A stretch of 64,000 bases of DNA from a candidate division FCPU426 bacterium (GTDB taxonomy: Bacteria; Oederibacteriota; Muellerivitia; Muellerivitales; Muellerivitaceae). Made by a program: the position numbers and the translations under genes. How positions within the stretch are numbered: position 1 is the stretch's first letter; each line of letters opens with the position of its first letter. Under the pieces are notes generated by a model, which worked only from the letters and a program-made list of their open reading frames with translations, searched no databases and had not been told where the DNA came from. The stretch spans positions 1 to 64,000 of the forward strand of contig CAWKAR010000019.1 in assembly GCA_963847625.1 (NCBI GenBank). Reading direction: 5' to 3'. Positions 19,057-29,851 of this stretch are shown here, one piece after another.

Positions 19057-20636
19057 TTGAACCCTCCGATATGTTCGATGAGGGGCGCGATGGTGGCGTT
19101 AGAAAGTGCCACGAAGGGCTTCGGATAAAGGCCCACCGCCAGCGATACGGCCAATAAATAAGCGATGGGAAGGATTTCGATGAATTTCCCATCCTTGATT
19201 TCCTCCTTGAAATGGGGGTCCTTGACCGGCCCGTAAAAAACCATTTGTACTAACCAGAGGTAATAAACGGCCGTGAAAACGATGGCCAGGATGACCACCC
19301 AGAACAGGGTTTGGAAAACGGGGAATCCCCCATGAAATCCGCTGCGATAGGCTCCCAGGAAGATCAAGAACTCCCCCACGAAGCCGCTCAATCCCGGAAG
19401 GCCCACATTGGCCATGGACGCCGCCACAAAAAGGCCGGCCAGGACCGGCATGCAGGCCGAAAGCCCCCCGAGTTTGGAAATTTCCCTTGTGTGGGCCTTT
19501 CCATAGATGGTTCCAACCAAGGCGAAAGACATGGCCGCTACGATTCCATGGGAAAAACCCTGGATGACGGCCCCGTTGAGGCCAGCGGCCTGAAAGGTGC
19601 AAATTCCGAAAAGAACCGCGCCGCAGTGGGACACGGAGGAATAGGCGATAACGTACTTGAAGTCCTTCTGTTTCAATGCCACCAGGGCCGCGTAAAGAAC
19701 GTTGATCAGGGTGAGGAAAACCAGGATCGGGAGCCATTGTTTCGCTCCCCCGGGCAGGCAGGGCAAAGCCACCCGGATGATGCTGTAGCCCCCGAGGGTC
19801 TTCAGGACTCCCGCGTGCAGCATGGAAGCCGCCGTGGGGGCCGCTCCGTACCCGTCCGGGGACCAGGTATGAAACGGGAAAAGGGCTGAAATAACCCCGA
19901 ATCCGATGAAAAGAAGGGGAAACCAAAGGCTTTGGAAATCCTGTCCGAAATTTGTCCGGGTGATGTCGCCGAGGATCCGGATGTCGAAGGTGTGGACGGA
20001 GGACGTGAAATACATAGCGAGAAACCCGACCAGCATGAAAGCCGAACCCGCGAGGATGTAGATCGTGAGTTTCATAGCGGCATATTCCTTCCGCCCGGTC
20101 CCCCAAATACTGACCAAGAGATACATGGGCAGCACCGCGAACTCATAAAACAGGAAGAAGAAGAAAAGGTCCAGGCTGATGTATGCGCCCGCTACGCCCC
20201 CAACCAAAAGCGAGAAATAAATGAAATATTCCTTTACCCGGAAGTTGATGTTCCAAGAAATGAGGGAACCAGCGAAATATACCGAGGCCACTAAAAGAAC
20301 CATGAGAACGCTCATGCCATCCACGCCCAGCAAGTAATTGATCCCCAGGTTGGAAAGCCAGGGGACCTCCTCCCGCAGTTGGAATCCGCCCAAGTTCGTC
20401 TGGTAAAGGAAAAAAATCCGGAAGGCGATGCCCAGTTCGAATGAGGACAGGACCAAGCTGATCCATCGGCTCCCTTTCTCGGGGGATGCCATGACTAACA
20501 AGGCGCCCAGGGACGGAACCACGATGAAAGTGCTCAGCAAGGGAAAGGGGTTGGAACCCTGTGCGGCCGGGTCATGGAAAAAGAAAAAAGCGGCCGCGAA
20601 GGGGGCCAGGATTGAGACAAGCACTGGAAGCATGAT
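19053..20636 (-). CDS. nuoM: NADH-quinone oxidoreductase subunit M
   Basis: LGVDGMS, FFFLFYE, PFHTWSPD, AYSSVSH, GLPGLSGFVGE. Confidence 0.93.
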   Translation of the reverse strand: MMLPVLVSILAPFAAAFFFFHDPAAQGSNPFPLLSTFIVVPSLGALLVMASPEKGSRWISLVLSSFELGIAFRIFFLYQTNLGGFQLREEVPWLSNLGINYLLGVDGMSVLMVLLVASVYFAGSLISWNINFRVKEYFIYFSLLVGGVAGAYISLDLFFFFLFYEFAVLPMYLLVSIWGTGRKEYAAMKLTIYILAGSAFMLVGFLAMYFTSSVHTFDIRILGDITRTNFGQDFQSLWFPLLFIGFGVISALFPFHTWSPDGYGAAPTAASMLHAGVLKTLGGYSIIRVALPCLPGGAKQWLPILVFLTLINVLYAALVALKQKDFKYVIAYSSVSHCGAVLFGICTFQAAGLNGAVIQGFSHGIVAAMSFALVGTIYGKAHTREISKLGGLSACMPVLAGLFVAASMANVGLPGLSGFVGEFLIFLGAYRSGFHGGFPVFQTLFWVVILAIVFTAVYYLWLVQMVFYGPVKDPHFKEEIKDGKFIEILPIAYLLAVSLAVGLYPKPFVALSNATIAPLIEHIGGFK

Positions 20637-20652
20637 GAAAATCCTCCGAAAA

Positions 20653-22530
20653 TTAAAAATTTACGATTAGGTAAATCAGGGCCACCGCCCCGAAAATGAC
20701 CAACGCGTAGTTTTGGACGTATCCGGTCTGGGTCAGGCGGAAAAAGCCTCCCAGTTTACGGACTGTCCAACCCGTTCCATCCACCATCCCATCGTCCACC
20801 ACATGGTCGTCGAACCATGTGAAAAGCGTCGCTATTCCGAAGTACACTTTCCTCACCCACCAACCATAAAATTCGTCAATGTAGTATTTATTTTTCAAGA
20901 GAGGATAGATGGGTCCAAAAGCCTTGGCGGCCTTTTCGGCCGAGAAAACTTTTTTCCAATAAAAAAGGGCCGCGGTTCCCATCCCCAATAGGACGACCAG
21001 GAGGGAGGTTCCGGCGATGGGCCAATTGAACACGGCCGGCTGGTAATCACCGTAATAAACGAACTTGTTATATGCGTCCAAGCCGGGCCAGTTAATCCAC
21101 CCAACCCCGACGGATAAGAGCGCGAGGATCATCAGGGGGATCGTCATGCTCAGAGGGGACTCATGGGCGTGGTCCCAAGAATGGGCATCACGCGGTTGGC
21201 CGGTAAAAACGATGAAAAAAAGCCGGAACATGTAAAGAGCGGTCAGGAATGCCGTAAAGACGGCTATGCCGTAAAGGATCCCATGGTAGGGCATGGAACT
21301 TGTATGAACCGCGTCGAGGATGGCATCCTTGGACCAAAACCCCGCGAAGGGCGGGACGCCCGCGATGGAAAAGTTGGCGATGAGGATGGTGGCGGCGGTG
21401 ATCTTCATTTTGGCACCCAATCCGCCCATTTTTTGGATATCGTTCGTGTGAAGGGAATGGATGACGCTTCCGGCCCCCAGGAAAAGAAGGGCTTTGAAAC
21501 ACGCGTGGGTGGTCAAATGGAACATTCCCGCGGTATAGCCCCCCGCCCCCATGGCCAGCATCATGTAACCCAGCTGGGATACGGTTGAATAGGCAAGGAT
21601 ACGCTTGATGTCGTCCTGGACCACCGCGATGGAAGCCGCGAAGATGGCCGTAAAACCTCCAACATAGGCCACCACTGTCATGGCGAGCGGGTCGGCCGAG
21701 AAAAGGAAATACGTCCTGGCCACCATGAAAACCCCAGCCGCCACCATGGTGGCGGCATGGATCAGGGCGGAAACCGGGGTGGGGCCCTCCATGGCGTCCG
21801 GCAGCCAGACATGCAGTGGAAACTGGGCGCTCTTCCCCACCGCACCGCAAAACAAAAGAATGGCGATCCCTCCGATAAAACCGCTCTGATAGGTATGCGC
21901 GGCCAACCCCTGGGCGACGATGGATTGGACCTGGTCAAAATCGAAAGTCCCGAACATCATGGCAATGGTCACCACACCCATGAGGAATCCCATGTCGCCG
22001 ATGCGGTTGACAATGAAGGCTTTTTTACAGGCGTCGGCCGCTTCCGGCTTGAAATACCAGAAGCCGATTAAAAGATAGGAACACAAACCCACGAGTTCCC
22101 AGCCTAAGAAAAGTTGGAGGAAGCTGTTCGCCAGGACCAGGATCAGCATCGAGGCGGTGAAAAGCGAAAGGTATGAATAATAAGTGGAAAAGCGCGGGTC
22201 TTCCTTCATATAGCCGAGGGAATAAACCTGGATCATCAATGAAATAAAGGTCACCACGAGCAGCATGTTGACGCTTAAGGGATCGATTAAAACCCCGACA
22301 TGGATTGACCAAGGAGGGATTTCTAGCCATGTCAACGGCAAGGTGATGGTCCTGGCGGAAGGTTCCAGGGCCAGGATATCCCGGAGAATCAACGCCGAGA
22401 GAACAAAACCAACAGCGACAGCCAGGATGGAGAGAAACGCCGAAACATACCGGTAACGCCGGGTGAATAGGATAATCACCGCGTAAGTCAAAACCGGTAA
22501 AATCGGGATGAGCCATGAATATTGGATCAT
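20653..22530 (-). CDS. nuoL: NADH-quinone oxidoreductase subunit L (start at MIQYSW)
   Basis: GWELVGLCSYLLIGFW, GKSAQFPLHVWLPDAMEGPTPVSALIHAATMV, QTGYVQNYA. Confidence 0.96.
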   Translation of the reverse strand: MIQYSWLIPILPVLTYAVIILFTRRYRYVSAFLSILAVAVGFVLSALILRDILALEPSARTITLPLTWLEIPPWSIHVGVLIDPLSVNMLLVVTFISLMIQVYSLGYMKEDPRFSTYYSYLSLFTASMLILVLANSFLQLFLGWELVGLCSYLLIGFWYFKPEAADACKKAFIVNRIGDMGFLMGVVTIAMMFGTFDFDQVQSIVAQGLAAHTYQSGFIGGIAILLFCGAVGKSAQFPLHVWLPDAMEGPTPVSALIHAATMVAAGVFMVARTYFLFSADPLAMTVVAYVGGFTAIFAASIAVVQDDIKRILAYSTVSQLGYMMLAMGAGGYTAGMFHLTTHACFKALLFLGAGSVIHSLHTNDIQKMGGLGAKMKITAATILIANFSIAGVPPFAGFWSKDAILDAVHTSSMPYHGILYGIAVFTAFLTALYMFRLFFIVFTGQPRDAHSWDHAHESPLSMTIPLMILALLSVGVGWINWPGLDAYNKFVYYGDYQPAVFNWPIAGTSLLVVLLGMGTAALFYWKKVFSAEKAAKAFGPIYPLLKNKYYIDEFYGWWVRKVYFGIATLFTWFDDHVVDDGMVDGTGWTVRKLGGFFRLTQTGYVQNYALVIFGAVALIYLIVNF

Positions 22531-22620
22531 TATTATTACCTTATTAATAACAGCGCATGAAACCAAAAACACTTCTTTACCACTGCCGGCATAACCAAAC
22601 CATTAATGGTCAAATCCTGT

Positions 22621-22935
22621 TTATCCCCGCATGGCGTGCGCATCATCCACGTTAACGCTTTTCAATTGTCTGCGTATGGAAATGACAATGGCCAGGGCGA
22701 CGGCAGCCTCCGCCGCGGCGATGGTAATGACGAAAACCACGAAAACCGGCCCGGAAGCGTTGTACCAGTTCCAGTATTTAGCGAAAGCAAGATAATTGAT
22801 GTTCACCGCGTTGAGCATCAATTCGATACCCATCAGGATTGAGATGGCGTTTCTGCGGGATAAAATCCCGAACAAGCCGATCCCAAATAACACTGCGGCT
22901 AGGTATAAAAAATGTGAAATGGGAATAGAATTCAC
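22621..22935 (-). CDS. nuoK: NADH-quinone oxidoreductase subunit K
   Basis: RRNAISILMGIELMLNA, IAAAEAAVALA. Confidence 0.95.
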   Translation of the reverse strand: MNSIPISHFLYLAAVLFGIGLFGILSRRNAISILMGIELMLNAVNINYLAFAKYWNWYNASGPVFVVFVITIAAAEAAVALAIVISIRRQLKSVNVDDAHAMRG

Positions 22936-23513
22936 GTGGCATCCTTTCGGGCGATCACGATGGCCCCTACCAGGGCGGACAATAAGAGGACCGAAACCAA
23001 CTCGAAAGCGAACGCGAACCCCTTATCGGGCCGAATCAACTCCAAACCCAGGGAATAAACGTCGTATCCTTGGCGGATAACTGGGGGATTCCCGGAGAAA
23101 TCGGCCGGAATCTGGTTAGAAGAGACGGTTTGGGCAGGTTTTTCTAGAGCCGGGGTGGAATGATTGGACCATTGGAAAACCGAGCTTTCGACAGCCAAGA
23201 GAACGATTCCGGTCAGGATCCCGGCAACAACAAGGGAAAGGGGCGCTTGGCGGTTCAGGACTTTGGCCTGGTCGTTCATGACATCTCGGGTCAACATGAT
23301 CCCGAAAATGATCAACACGGTGACTGCGCCGACGTAAATCAACACCTGGACTACCGCCAGGAATTCCGAATTAAGGTAAAGGAAAATTCCGGCCGCACAA
23401 AACATAGTAACCGCCAGAAACAATGCGCAATGAAAAAGATTCCGGAGGGTGACTACCATCAAGGCAGAAACAACCAAAACCCCCGCGATGACATAAAAAA
23501 TGGTGGTTTCCAT
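22932..23513 (-). CDS. nuoJ: NADH-quinone oxidoreductase subunit J (start at METTIF)
   Basis: AVVQVLIYVGAVTVL, FELVSVLLLSALVGAI. Confidence 0.93.
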   Translation of the reverse strand: METTIFYVIAGVLVVSALMVVTLRNLFHCALFLAVTMFCAAGIFLYLNSEFLAVVQVLIYVGAVTVLIIFGIMLTRDVMNDQAKVLNRQAPLSLVVAGILTGIVLLAVESSVFQWSNHSTPALEKPAQTVSSNQIPADFSGNPPVIRQGYDVYSLGLELIRPDKGFAFAFELVSVLLLSALVGAIVIARKDAT

Positions 23514-23515
23514 GT

Positions 23516-24034
23516 TCACGCTTCCGTGACCGGCGCCGGTGGATTCGCGGTTTGTGCCGTTTCCAAGGGCTTGGGAGCCATTTGAGGAGGCCGTACCCAC
23601 TTCATGGCCTGTTCGTCCTGCAATAGACTTCCCCGCTGGTAAACCGCATTCTCATATTCCTCAGCCACGAACGTCAAAGCGTCAAAGCCGCAGGCTTCCA
23701 CGCAATAACCGCAGAATATGCAGGTGGAAAAATCCAGTTTGAAAGTGGTCATACGTCTCTTCCCGTCGGGCATCCGCACACCCTCGAGCTTGATGCAGCT
23801 GTTGGGGCAGGCCTTGGCGCACATCATGCAGGCGACGCAGTTGAACTGGTCCTTTTCCCCGTCATAGATAAGTTTAATCATGCTACGGCTGCGCACGGGC
23901 AACGGCATCCTTTCATCCGGATACTGGTAAGTATTGGTTTCCTTGAAGAAATAGCGAATAGTCACCGACAAACCCAAAAGAAGATTCCAAAATCCCTTGA
24001 TAATGCTTTGAAAATAACCAAGTTTAGGGACCAT
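23516..24034 (-). CDS. nuoI: NADH-quinone oxidoreductase subunit I (2x[4Fe-4S])
   Basis: TYQYP, CVACMMCAKACP and CIFCGYCVEAC. Confidence 0.93.
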   Translation of the reverse strand: MVPKLGYFQSIIKGFWNLLLGLSVTIRYFFKETNTYQYPDERMPLPVRSRSMIKLIYDGEKDQFNCVACMMCAKACPNSCIKLEGVRMPDGKRRMTTFKLDFSTCIFCGYCVEACGFDALTFVAEEYENAVYQRGSLLQDEQAMKWVRPPQMAPKPLETAQTANPPAPVTEA

Positions 24035-24037
24035 TTT

Positions 24038-25117
24038 TTACGCCCCCCCAACGCAATATAGGATTAAAAACCCCGTTAACAGGATGTTGAGGATGGCGAG
24101 GGGAATCAAAACTTTCCATCCAAAATCCATGAGTTGATCCACTCTCAACCGGGGAAAAGTCCATCGGAAGGACATGATCAAGAAAATGACCAAAAGCAGT
24201 TTCAAAATGAACCATACGAATCCGGGCAAATGCAAGAAACCAAGGAATGGAAAAGACAGCCACCCGCCCAGGAAAAGAGAAACCGCTACCGAGGAAGAGA
24301 TGATGATCGCGACATACTCCCCCAGGAAAAACATGGCGAACTTAACCCCCGAATATTCGGTATGGTAACCCCCGATTAATTCCGATTCCGCCTCGGGTAT
24401 GTCAAAGGGAGCCCGGTTGGCTTCGGCCGTTGACGCGGTGATGAATATGAGAAAAGAAGCCAGTATGGGGATAAGGTATAGGCCGCTTAAAAACCAATAT
24501 CCGTGGGCCGCCTGGTATTCGACGATCTTTTGCAAACTGAGGGTTCCAGTGACCAGAATGACCGGAATCACCGAAAGCACCAAGGGCACCTCATAGCTGA
24601 CAATTTGTGCCGCCGACCGGAATCCGCCTAAAAGGGCAAATTTGCTATTCGAGCTCCAACCCGCCGACAGGATCGCAATGACGGTGAAACTCGAAATGGC
24701 GATCACATAGAGGATTCCGACGTTCAAGTCCTGAACCACTACCCCTTTATCAAATGGGATAACGACCAAACCCATGAAGGTAGCGACAAAAGCAACAATG
24801 GGAGCGATGAAATAGGGGATCCGGTCCCTATGAACCGGTTGGACATTTTCCTTGATGGTGAGTTTAAGGGCGTCAGCCAAGGTCTGGAGCAGGCCAAAAG
24901 GGCCCACCCTTTTGGGCCCGATCCGGCTTTGCATGTGGGCAGAAACCTTGCGCTCCATCCAAACGAGAAACATTACGAATACGGCCACTAAAGCGAACAT
25001 GACCACCACGAGTACGGCGGTATCCAAAAATTCCTCCCAAGTTGATATACCCAGTACGGTATAGATGGACTGGAGATAACCTATGACGAATTGAAGTGTT
25101 TTTTCCGAGAGATTCAA
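24038..25117 (-). CDS. nuoH: NADH-quinone oxidoreductase subunit H
   Basis: ERKVSAHMQSRIGP, GLLQTLADALKL, AEANRAPFDIPEAESELIGGY. Confidence 0.96.
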   Translation of the reverse strand: MNLSEKTLQFVIGYLQSIYTVLGISTWEEFLDTAVLVVVMFALVAVFVMFLVWMERKVSAHMQSRIGPKRVGPFGLLQTLADALKLTIKENVQPVHRDRIPYFIAPIVAFVATFMGLVVIPFDKGVVVQDLNVGILYVIAISSFTVIAILSAGWSSNSKFALLGGFRSAAQIVSYEVPLVLSVIPVILVTGTLSLQKIVEYQAAHGYWFLSGLYLIPILASFLIFITASTAEANRAPFDIPEAESELIGGYHTEYSGVKFAMFFLGEYVAIIISSSVAVSLFLGGWLSFPFLGFLHLPGFVWFILKLLLVIFLIMSFRWTFPRLRVDQLMDFGWKVLIPLAILNILLTGFLILYCVGGA

Positions 25118-25140
25118 AGTTTATTTGTCCTTTTCGCTGT

Positions 25141-26286
25141 TCAGCGGTCCACCTCGGGAACGATCAAGTCGAAACTTCCCAGGACCGCCATGATGTCCGC
25201 CACTTTCCAGCCGCGTGTCAGGGTATCCAGCAGGTAAAGGTTGCTGAAGGAGGCGCAACGGAACTTGGCCTTCCAGGGTTTCGCGGTTCCATCCCCCACC
25301 AGATAAATCCCCATTTCCCCACGGGAGGATTCAGTGCGGAAATAAACCTCGCTAGAGGGCGGAGCCTTCAGGATGGGAGGCAGTTTGGCCTCCACCGGCC
25401 CGGGTTCCAACCGGTCCAAGCATTGGCGGACGATGGATACGCTTTCACGCATTTCATTCATCCTCACTTTGTAACGGCTCCAACAGTCCCCTCCGCCATC
25501 CAGGCATTCCTTGAATTGAACCCGGTCATAAAAAAGGTAGGGTTGTTGCTTGCGAACGTCACAAGATACCCCGGAACCCCTCAACGTCGGTCCGGATACA
25601 CCCGCGTTGATCCCTAATTCGGGAGTGATGACGCCGACGCCTTTGGTCCTACCCAGGAAAATCGGATTGTTAGTCAGGAGATCCTCATATTCATCCACTT
25701 TAGGCTCGAAATACTGCAGGAAGGCCCTGCACATGGGTATAAATTCAGACAATACGTCGATCATCACACCACCGATTCGGATGTAATTATAAGTGAGCCT
25801 CTGTCCGCAGGTCATTTCGAACAAGTCCAGTATCCGCTCCCTTTCCCGCAAACCGTAAAGGAAGGGAGTCAGGGCCCCGATATCTCCTGAAAAGGCCCCC
25901 ATCCACAATAAATGGCTGGCGATTCGCTGTAATTCCGCGAAGATCATTCTCAGCCATTGGGCCCGGGCTGGAACTTCAATGACCATGAGCCTTTCCGCCG
26001 CCAACGCGAAGGCCAGGTTTACACTCATGGCCGAGACGTAATCCACCCGGTCCGTATAAGTGATGCATTGGGGATAGGTCCTGTTCTCGCAAATTTTCTC
26101 GATGGAACGGTGAAGATACCCCATGATGGGGGTCGTTTTTTGGATGGTTTCGCCGTCCAATTTTACGATCAACCTTAAAACGCCGTGGGTGGCAGGATGC
26201 TGGGGTCCCAGGTTGATGACATAAGAGTCGGAATCAACCGCAGAGTCTCCGGTGCCTTTATGAAGGCTTAACAATAAATCCGTCAT
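25141..26286 (-). CDS. nuoD: NADH-quinone oxidoreductase subunit D
   Basis: [25 protein letters not shown]-terminal EVDR; no NiFe CxxC motifs. Confidence 0.95.
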   Translation of the reverse strand: MTDLLLSLHKGTGDSAVDSDSYVINLGPQHPATHGVLRLIVKLDGETIQKTTPIMGYLHRSIEKICENRTYPQCITYTDRVDYVSAMSVNLAFALAAERLMVIEVPARAQWLRMIFAELQRIASHLLWMGAFSGDIGALTPFLYGLRERERILDLFEMTCGQRLTYNYIRIGGVMIDVLSEFIPMCRAFLQYFEPKVDEYEDLLTNNPIFLGRTKGVGVITPELGINAGVSGPTLRGSGVSCDVRKQQPYLFYDRVQFKECLDGGGDCWSRYKVRMNEMRESVSIVRQCLDRLEPGPVEAKLPPILKAPPSSEVYFRTESSRGEMGIYLVGDGTAKPWKAKFRCASFSNLYLLDTLTRGWKVADIMAVLGSFDLIVPEVDR

Positions 26287-26731
26287 CCGTGAAATCCTTC
26301 CTCAATGGATGCTTCTGGTAATCGTCCGGCATCATGATTCGGCGCAAGTCGGAATGCCCCTCAAAAACGACGCCATAAAGATCGTACACTTCCCTTTCGA
26401 ACCAATTCGCGCTTTTCCATACTTGTTCCAGGGTGGGAGCCTTGGGGTTATCGCGTGGCGTGTCGAGTTTGACCGTCATTTGTTGTTGATGCCGGTAGGA
26501 CCATAGGTGGGACACCAAGGTGATCTTGTTTTCTTTAGGGTAATCCACCGCGGTCAAATTCGAAAGGTGTTCGAAGGAGTATTCGGGCAGATCCCTTAAA
26601 TCTTGGCAGAGGGTGACATAGGACTCTATTTTTGAAACGGCAATAACTTCTTTCTGGGCTGAAAGGGTTACCGTCAGGACTTTATTTTTAAAATCCGTTT
26701 CTATTTTTATTTTCAACTCTTCTATCGTCAT
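26258..26731 (-). CDS. nuoC: NADH-quinone oxidoreductase subunit C (start uncertain, 26731-26776)
   Basis: [39 protein letters not shown]. Confidence 0.93.
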   Translation of the reverse strand: MTIEELKIKIETDFKNKVLTVTLSAQKEVIAVSKIESYVTLCQDLRDLPEYSFEHLSNLTAVDYPKENKITLVSHLWSYRHQQQMTVKLDTPRDNPKAPTLEQVWKSANWFEREVYDLYGVVFEGHSDLRRIMMPDDYQKHPLRKDFTDDGFIVKPS

Positions 26732-26838
26732 GGAAATTTCAAACTCCCCTTTATCATTTCCACCTTTATATTCCACTTCGTACTTTAAAAGACCATGCCT
26801 TCTCGAATGGCTTCCATGAGTCTGTCATGACATTAATA

Positions 26839-27381
26839 TTAAATTTCCTTCCGGCGTCGAAAAATCGGCTCATCTTCAATCTTTTTTTGGATGGCCATGA
26901 GTCCGTAAATCAAGGACTCAGGTCTTGGGGGGCAGCCGGGAACATAGACATCCACAGGCACGAAGGAATCTATTCCCTTGACCACGGTATAAGAATCGTA
27001 GTAATAGGGACCGCCGGCGATGGTACAGCTTCCCATGGCAATCACCCAACTGGGTTTTGGCATCTGTTCATACAATTTTTTCAAAGCATAACCCATTTTC
27101 TCGGTGATGGTCCCGGCCGCAATTAAAAGGTCGGCTTGCCGGGGGGAAGGGCGAAAAACCTCGGAGCCGAAACGCGCCAAATCGTACCTGCCCCCGGCCG
27201 TCGCCATCATTTCGATGGCGCAGCAGGCGGTACCGAACTGGAGAGGCCAAAGGGAATTTTTTCTGGCCCATTTGAAAATAAAACCAACCGCTTTATCCAG
27301 GGTCCATAGGCCAGGTATTTGGCTTTGATCCTCCAAGAGCTCTATCTCTGGCTTGGAAATTCCTTTGAGTGCTATTCCCAT
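26839..27381 (-). CDS. nuoB: NADH-quinone oxidoreductase subunit B
   Basis: [35 protein letters not shown]. Confidence 0.96.
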   Translation of the reverse strand: MGIALKGISKPEIELLEDQSQIPGLWTLDKAVGFIFKWARKNSLWPLQFGTACCAIEMMATAGGRYDLARFGSEVFRPSPRQADLLIAAGTITEKMGYALKKLYEQMPKPSWVIAMGSCTIAGGPYYYDSYTVVKGIDSFVPVDVYVPGCPPRPESLIYGLMAIQKKIEDEPIFRRRKEI

Positions 27382-27752
27382 TTCAATGCCTTCTTCTTCC
27401 AGGCATAGGCCAGACCAACAAGCAAAATGGCGATAAATAAGGTCATTTCGACAAACCCAGCCACACCCAATCCCCGAAATGAGACGGCCCAGGGATAAAG
27501 GAAAACTGTTTCAATATCAAAAATCACGAACAGAAGCGCATAAAGGTAGAAACTGACATTAAACCTGATCCAGGAATTGCCATAGGTTTCTACTCCGCAT
27601 TCATAGGTATCTTCCAGGATATCACGTCTATATTTATACTTTAGTCCCAACAGTCCGTTCGGGCTTAATACCCATCCGGTTAAAAAGGCCAGGAGAATAA
27701 AAAAAACACCGGCAATCAGGAAAAACAAAACGTAGCCGTATTGTTCAAGCAT
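27372..27752 (-). CDS. nuoA: NADH-quinone oxidoreductase subunit A
   Basis: [28 protein letters not shown]. Confidence 0.96.
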   Translation of the reverse strand: MLEQYGYVLFFLIAGVFFILLAFLTGWVLSPNGLLGLKYKYRRDILEDTYECGVETYGNSWIRFNVSFYLYALLFVIFDIETVFLYPWAVSFRGLGVAGFVEMTLFIAILLVGLAYAWKKKALKWE

Positions 27753-27964
27753 TTCTTCCTCTTCGAAAAAAGTTTATCGACTTTTCCAATTCTTATTTTC
27801 CGTTTCGCACTTCTTCGTAGTTATTGTTTCCCTTAGTAAAAAAGAAATTAAATCATCGGTATATTTTTTGGTCAGCTTTTAAGTATAAACACGATAATTT
27901 AATCTATACACGGGCCGAGTTTGGATTTCAAGATCTACAACCCATACGGGTAAAGGAAGGCAGG

Positions 27965-28939
27965 CTAAAAATCCCTATTGGTGAGAAAATCCGCAAACCT
28001 CAATAATTCAGTCTTATCTCGGTTCCCGTTCAAGATCAACAATTCGTTTTTGGCTTCACTCGCAAACTTTCTGGCAATTTCAACAGAATGCCGGAGGACA
28101 TCGTACTTATCCAATAAACAGCGCAAGACCTTGAAATCGAGGGCGGTCTTGACTTTTTTATGGACGATTGTTTTGAGTTTTTTCTTTTCCGAAGCGGACG
28201 CCCGGCGCATGCAACAAATCACTGGGAGAGTTAATTTACCCTCGCGCAAATCGCTCATGACAGGTTTACCCACTTTTGTTTGTTGGCCGACAAAATCCAA
28301 TGTGTCATCGATAATTTGGAAAGCCATACCGACCCCCAGGCCGAAATGGTAAAGCTGTTCCACTGTTCTTTCATCGGCCCCCGCTAGCATCGCCCCGGTT
28401 TGGCAGCTGGCGGCGAATAGAGTCGCGGTTTTTTCCCTGACAACATCGAAATACTGTTCTTCCGTCAACTCGGCATTGAACCGGTGGAAGGTCTCGGATA
28501 TCTCCCCGCGGCAGATAATATTCGTGGTATCCGCCAGGGTATTTAAAACGGTTTTCGGGAGGTTCTTGGCCATTAAGTAAAAAGAAGACGCGAAAACATA
28601 ATCACCCATCAATACGGATATCTCATTGCCCCATTTGAAATTCAGCGTTTTTTGCCGCCGCCGTACTGCGGAATTGTCGATGATATCGTCATGAACCAGG
28701 GTGGCGACATGCAGCATTTCCAAGGCCGCCCCTAAAATAACGGTTTCCCCGGGCACATACCCGCAATATTTAGCCGAAAGGATCGCGAGGGTAGGCCTGG
28801 CTCGTTTTCCAGCAGATCGGGAAAGATAATCCACCATCTGTTGGACAAAAATATTCTCGGTTTTTAAAGCGTGGGCAATTGTTTGATCAACGCGGTTTAA
28901 ATCTTTCTGAATGGAAGTTTTTAATTCCTTGAGTAACAC
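27965..28939 (-). CDS. Long-chain trans-polyprenyl diphosphate synthase (IspB/HepT-like)
   Basis: GKRARP, ATLVHDDIID (first DDxxD), KTA, AFQIIDDTLD (second DDxxD), DLREGKLTLP. Confidence 0.93.
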   Translation of the reverse strand: MLLKELKTSIQKDLNRVDQTIAHALKTENIFVQQMVDYLSRSAGKRARPTLAILSAKYCGYVPGETVILGAALEMLHVATLVHDDIIDNSAVRRRQKTLNFKWGNEISVLMGDYVFASSFYLMAKNLPKTVLNTLADTTNIICRGEISETFHRFNAELTEEQYFDVVREKTATLFAASCQTGAMLAGADERTVEQLYHFGLGVGMAFQIIDDTLDFVGQQTKVGKPVMSDLREGKLTLPVICCMRRASASEKKKLKTIVHKKVKTALDFKVLRCLLDKYDVLRHSVEIARKFASEAKNELLILNGNRDKTELLRFADFLTNRDF

Positions 28940-29042
28940 AAAAGCTCCCCTTTAAAAATATGTATCAATTAATCATTCGGTCCAATTTCGCGATAGGAAT
29001 CGTATTTTAATTCAAGTGCCAGGCTATAAAGCAATGAAAAGC

Positions 29043-29071
29043 AAAAAAAAAGCCCCACAAAGTGGGGCTCT
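29043..29071 (-). terminator. Intrinsic terminator downstream of the Crp/Fnr gene
   Basis: AGCCCCAC-AAA-GTGGGGCT hairpin with a 9-nt A run (T run on the minus strand). Confidence 0.8.
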
Positions 29072-29084
29072 TATACATTCGGGA

Positions 29085-29741
29085 TTATTCGCCGAACTGC
29101 TCTTTCATTTCCAGGAATTTAATAAACTTTTCAAGATTTTCGAGGCTGGTTACCACAATAGCGCCCGCCGATAGGCTGATCACGCGAGCTTTGATGAGGC
29201 GATCCACGACTTCTTGGGTTTTGGGCAAATCCAAACCGCACATCTTGCTCAGTTCGGACACGGTGAAATTCATATCCATCGTAATGCCGTTGGGTCCCTC
29301 TTCCCCGTGTTTATGGACTACCAACAAAATGGTGTTTGCCACAAGGCGGTTTGCATCCTTGATGAGAAGCGTCGCGATTTGCTGATTGGATTCCCTTAAT
29401 CTGGAAGTGAGGTTCTTCAATATTTTCTTGACGATTTTTGGGTTTGTCTGCATATGCATCTCAAAAACTTCCTCATCCAGGGCTATCAACCGGGAAGCCT
29501 CCATAGCCATGGCGTTCGCCGAACGGACATCTTTGTCAATGACCGCCATTTCCCCGAAAAAATCACCCGCCCCGAGGATTACAAGAGTTTTTTCCACACC
29601 GTCTTTCAATTGTTTCGAGATTTTGACTTTCCCGGATTGGATAATGAACATTTCATTTCCAACGTCGCCCTCCCGGAAAATGATATCCCCGGAATTATAG
29701 GTGCGACCACATTTCTCGAATATCTCTTGTTCGGTACTCAT
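29085..29741 (-). CDS. Crp/Fnr-family regulator (cNMP-binding domain plus winged HTH)
   Basis: IIFREGD, IQSGKVKI, GDFFGEMA..RSANA; C-terminal TVSELSKMCG; no Fnr-type Cys cluster. Confidence 0.85.
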   Translation of the reverse strand: MSTEQEIFEKCGRTYNSGDIIFREGDVGNEMFIIQSGKVKISKQLKDGVEKTLVILGAGDFFGEMAVIDKDVRSANAMAMEASRLIALDEEVFEMHMQTNPKIVKKILKNLTSRLRESNQQIATLLIKDANRLVANTILLVVHKHGEEGPNGITMDMNFTVSELSKMCGLDLPKTQEVVDRLIKARVISLSAGAIVVTSLENLEKFIKFLEMKEQFGE

Positions 29742-29851
29742 ATTTTATAAACCCTTTCAATTAGAACTCTCAACCCACTCAAGATATTCGGTAAACCCAA
29801 AGTTGATGATCTGCAACAAACAAATGGATTAAAGAGAAGGCAGGTAATGGT

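Noticed and set aside
25141..27381. Group 4 [NiFe] hydrogenase interpretation of the nuo cluster
   Set aside because: The large subunit lacks both Ni-binding CxxC motifs and ends in EVDR; NuoB has the tandem CC typical of complex I
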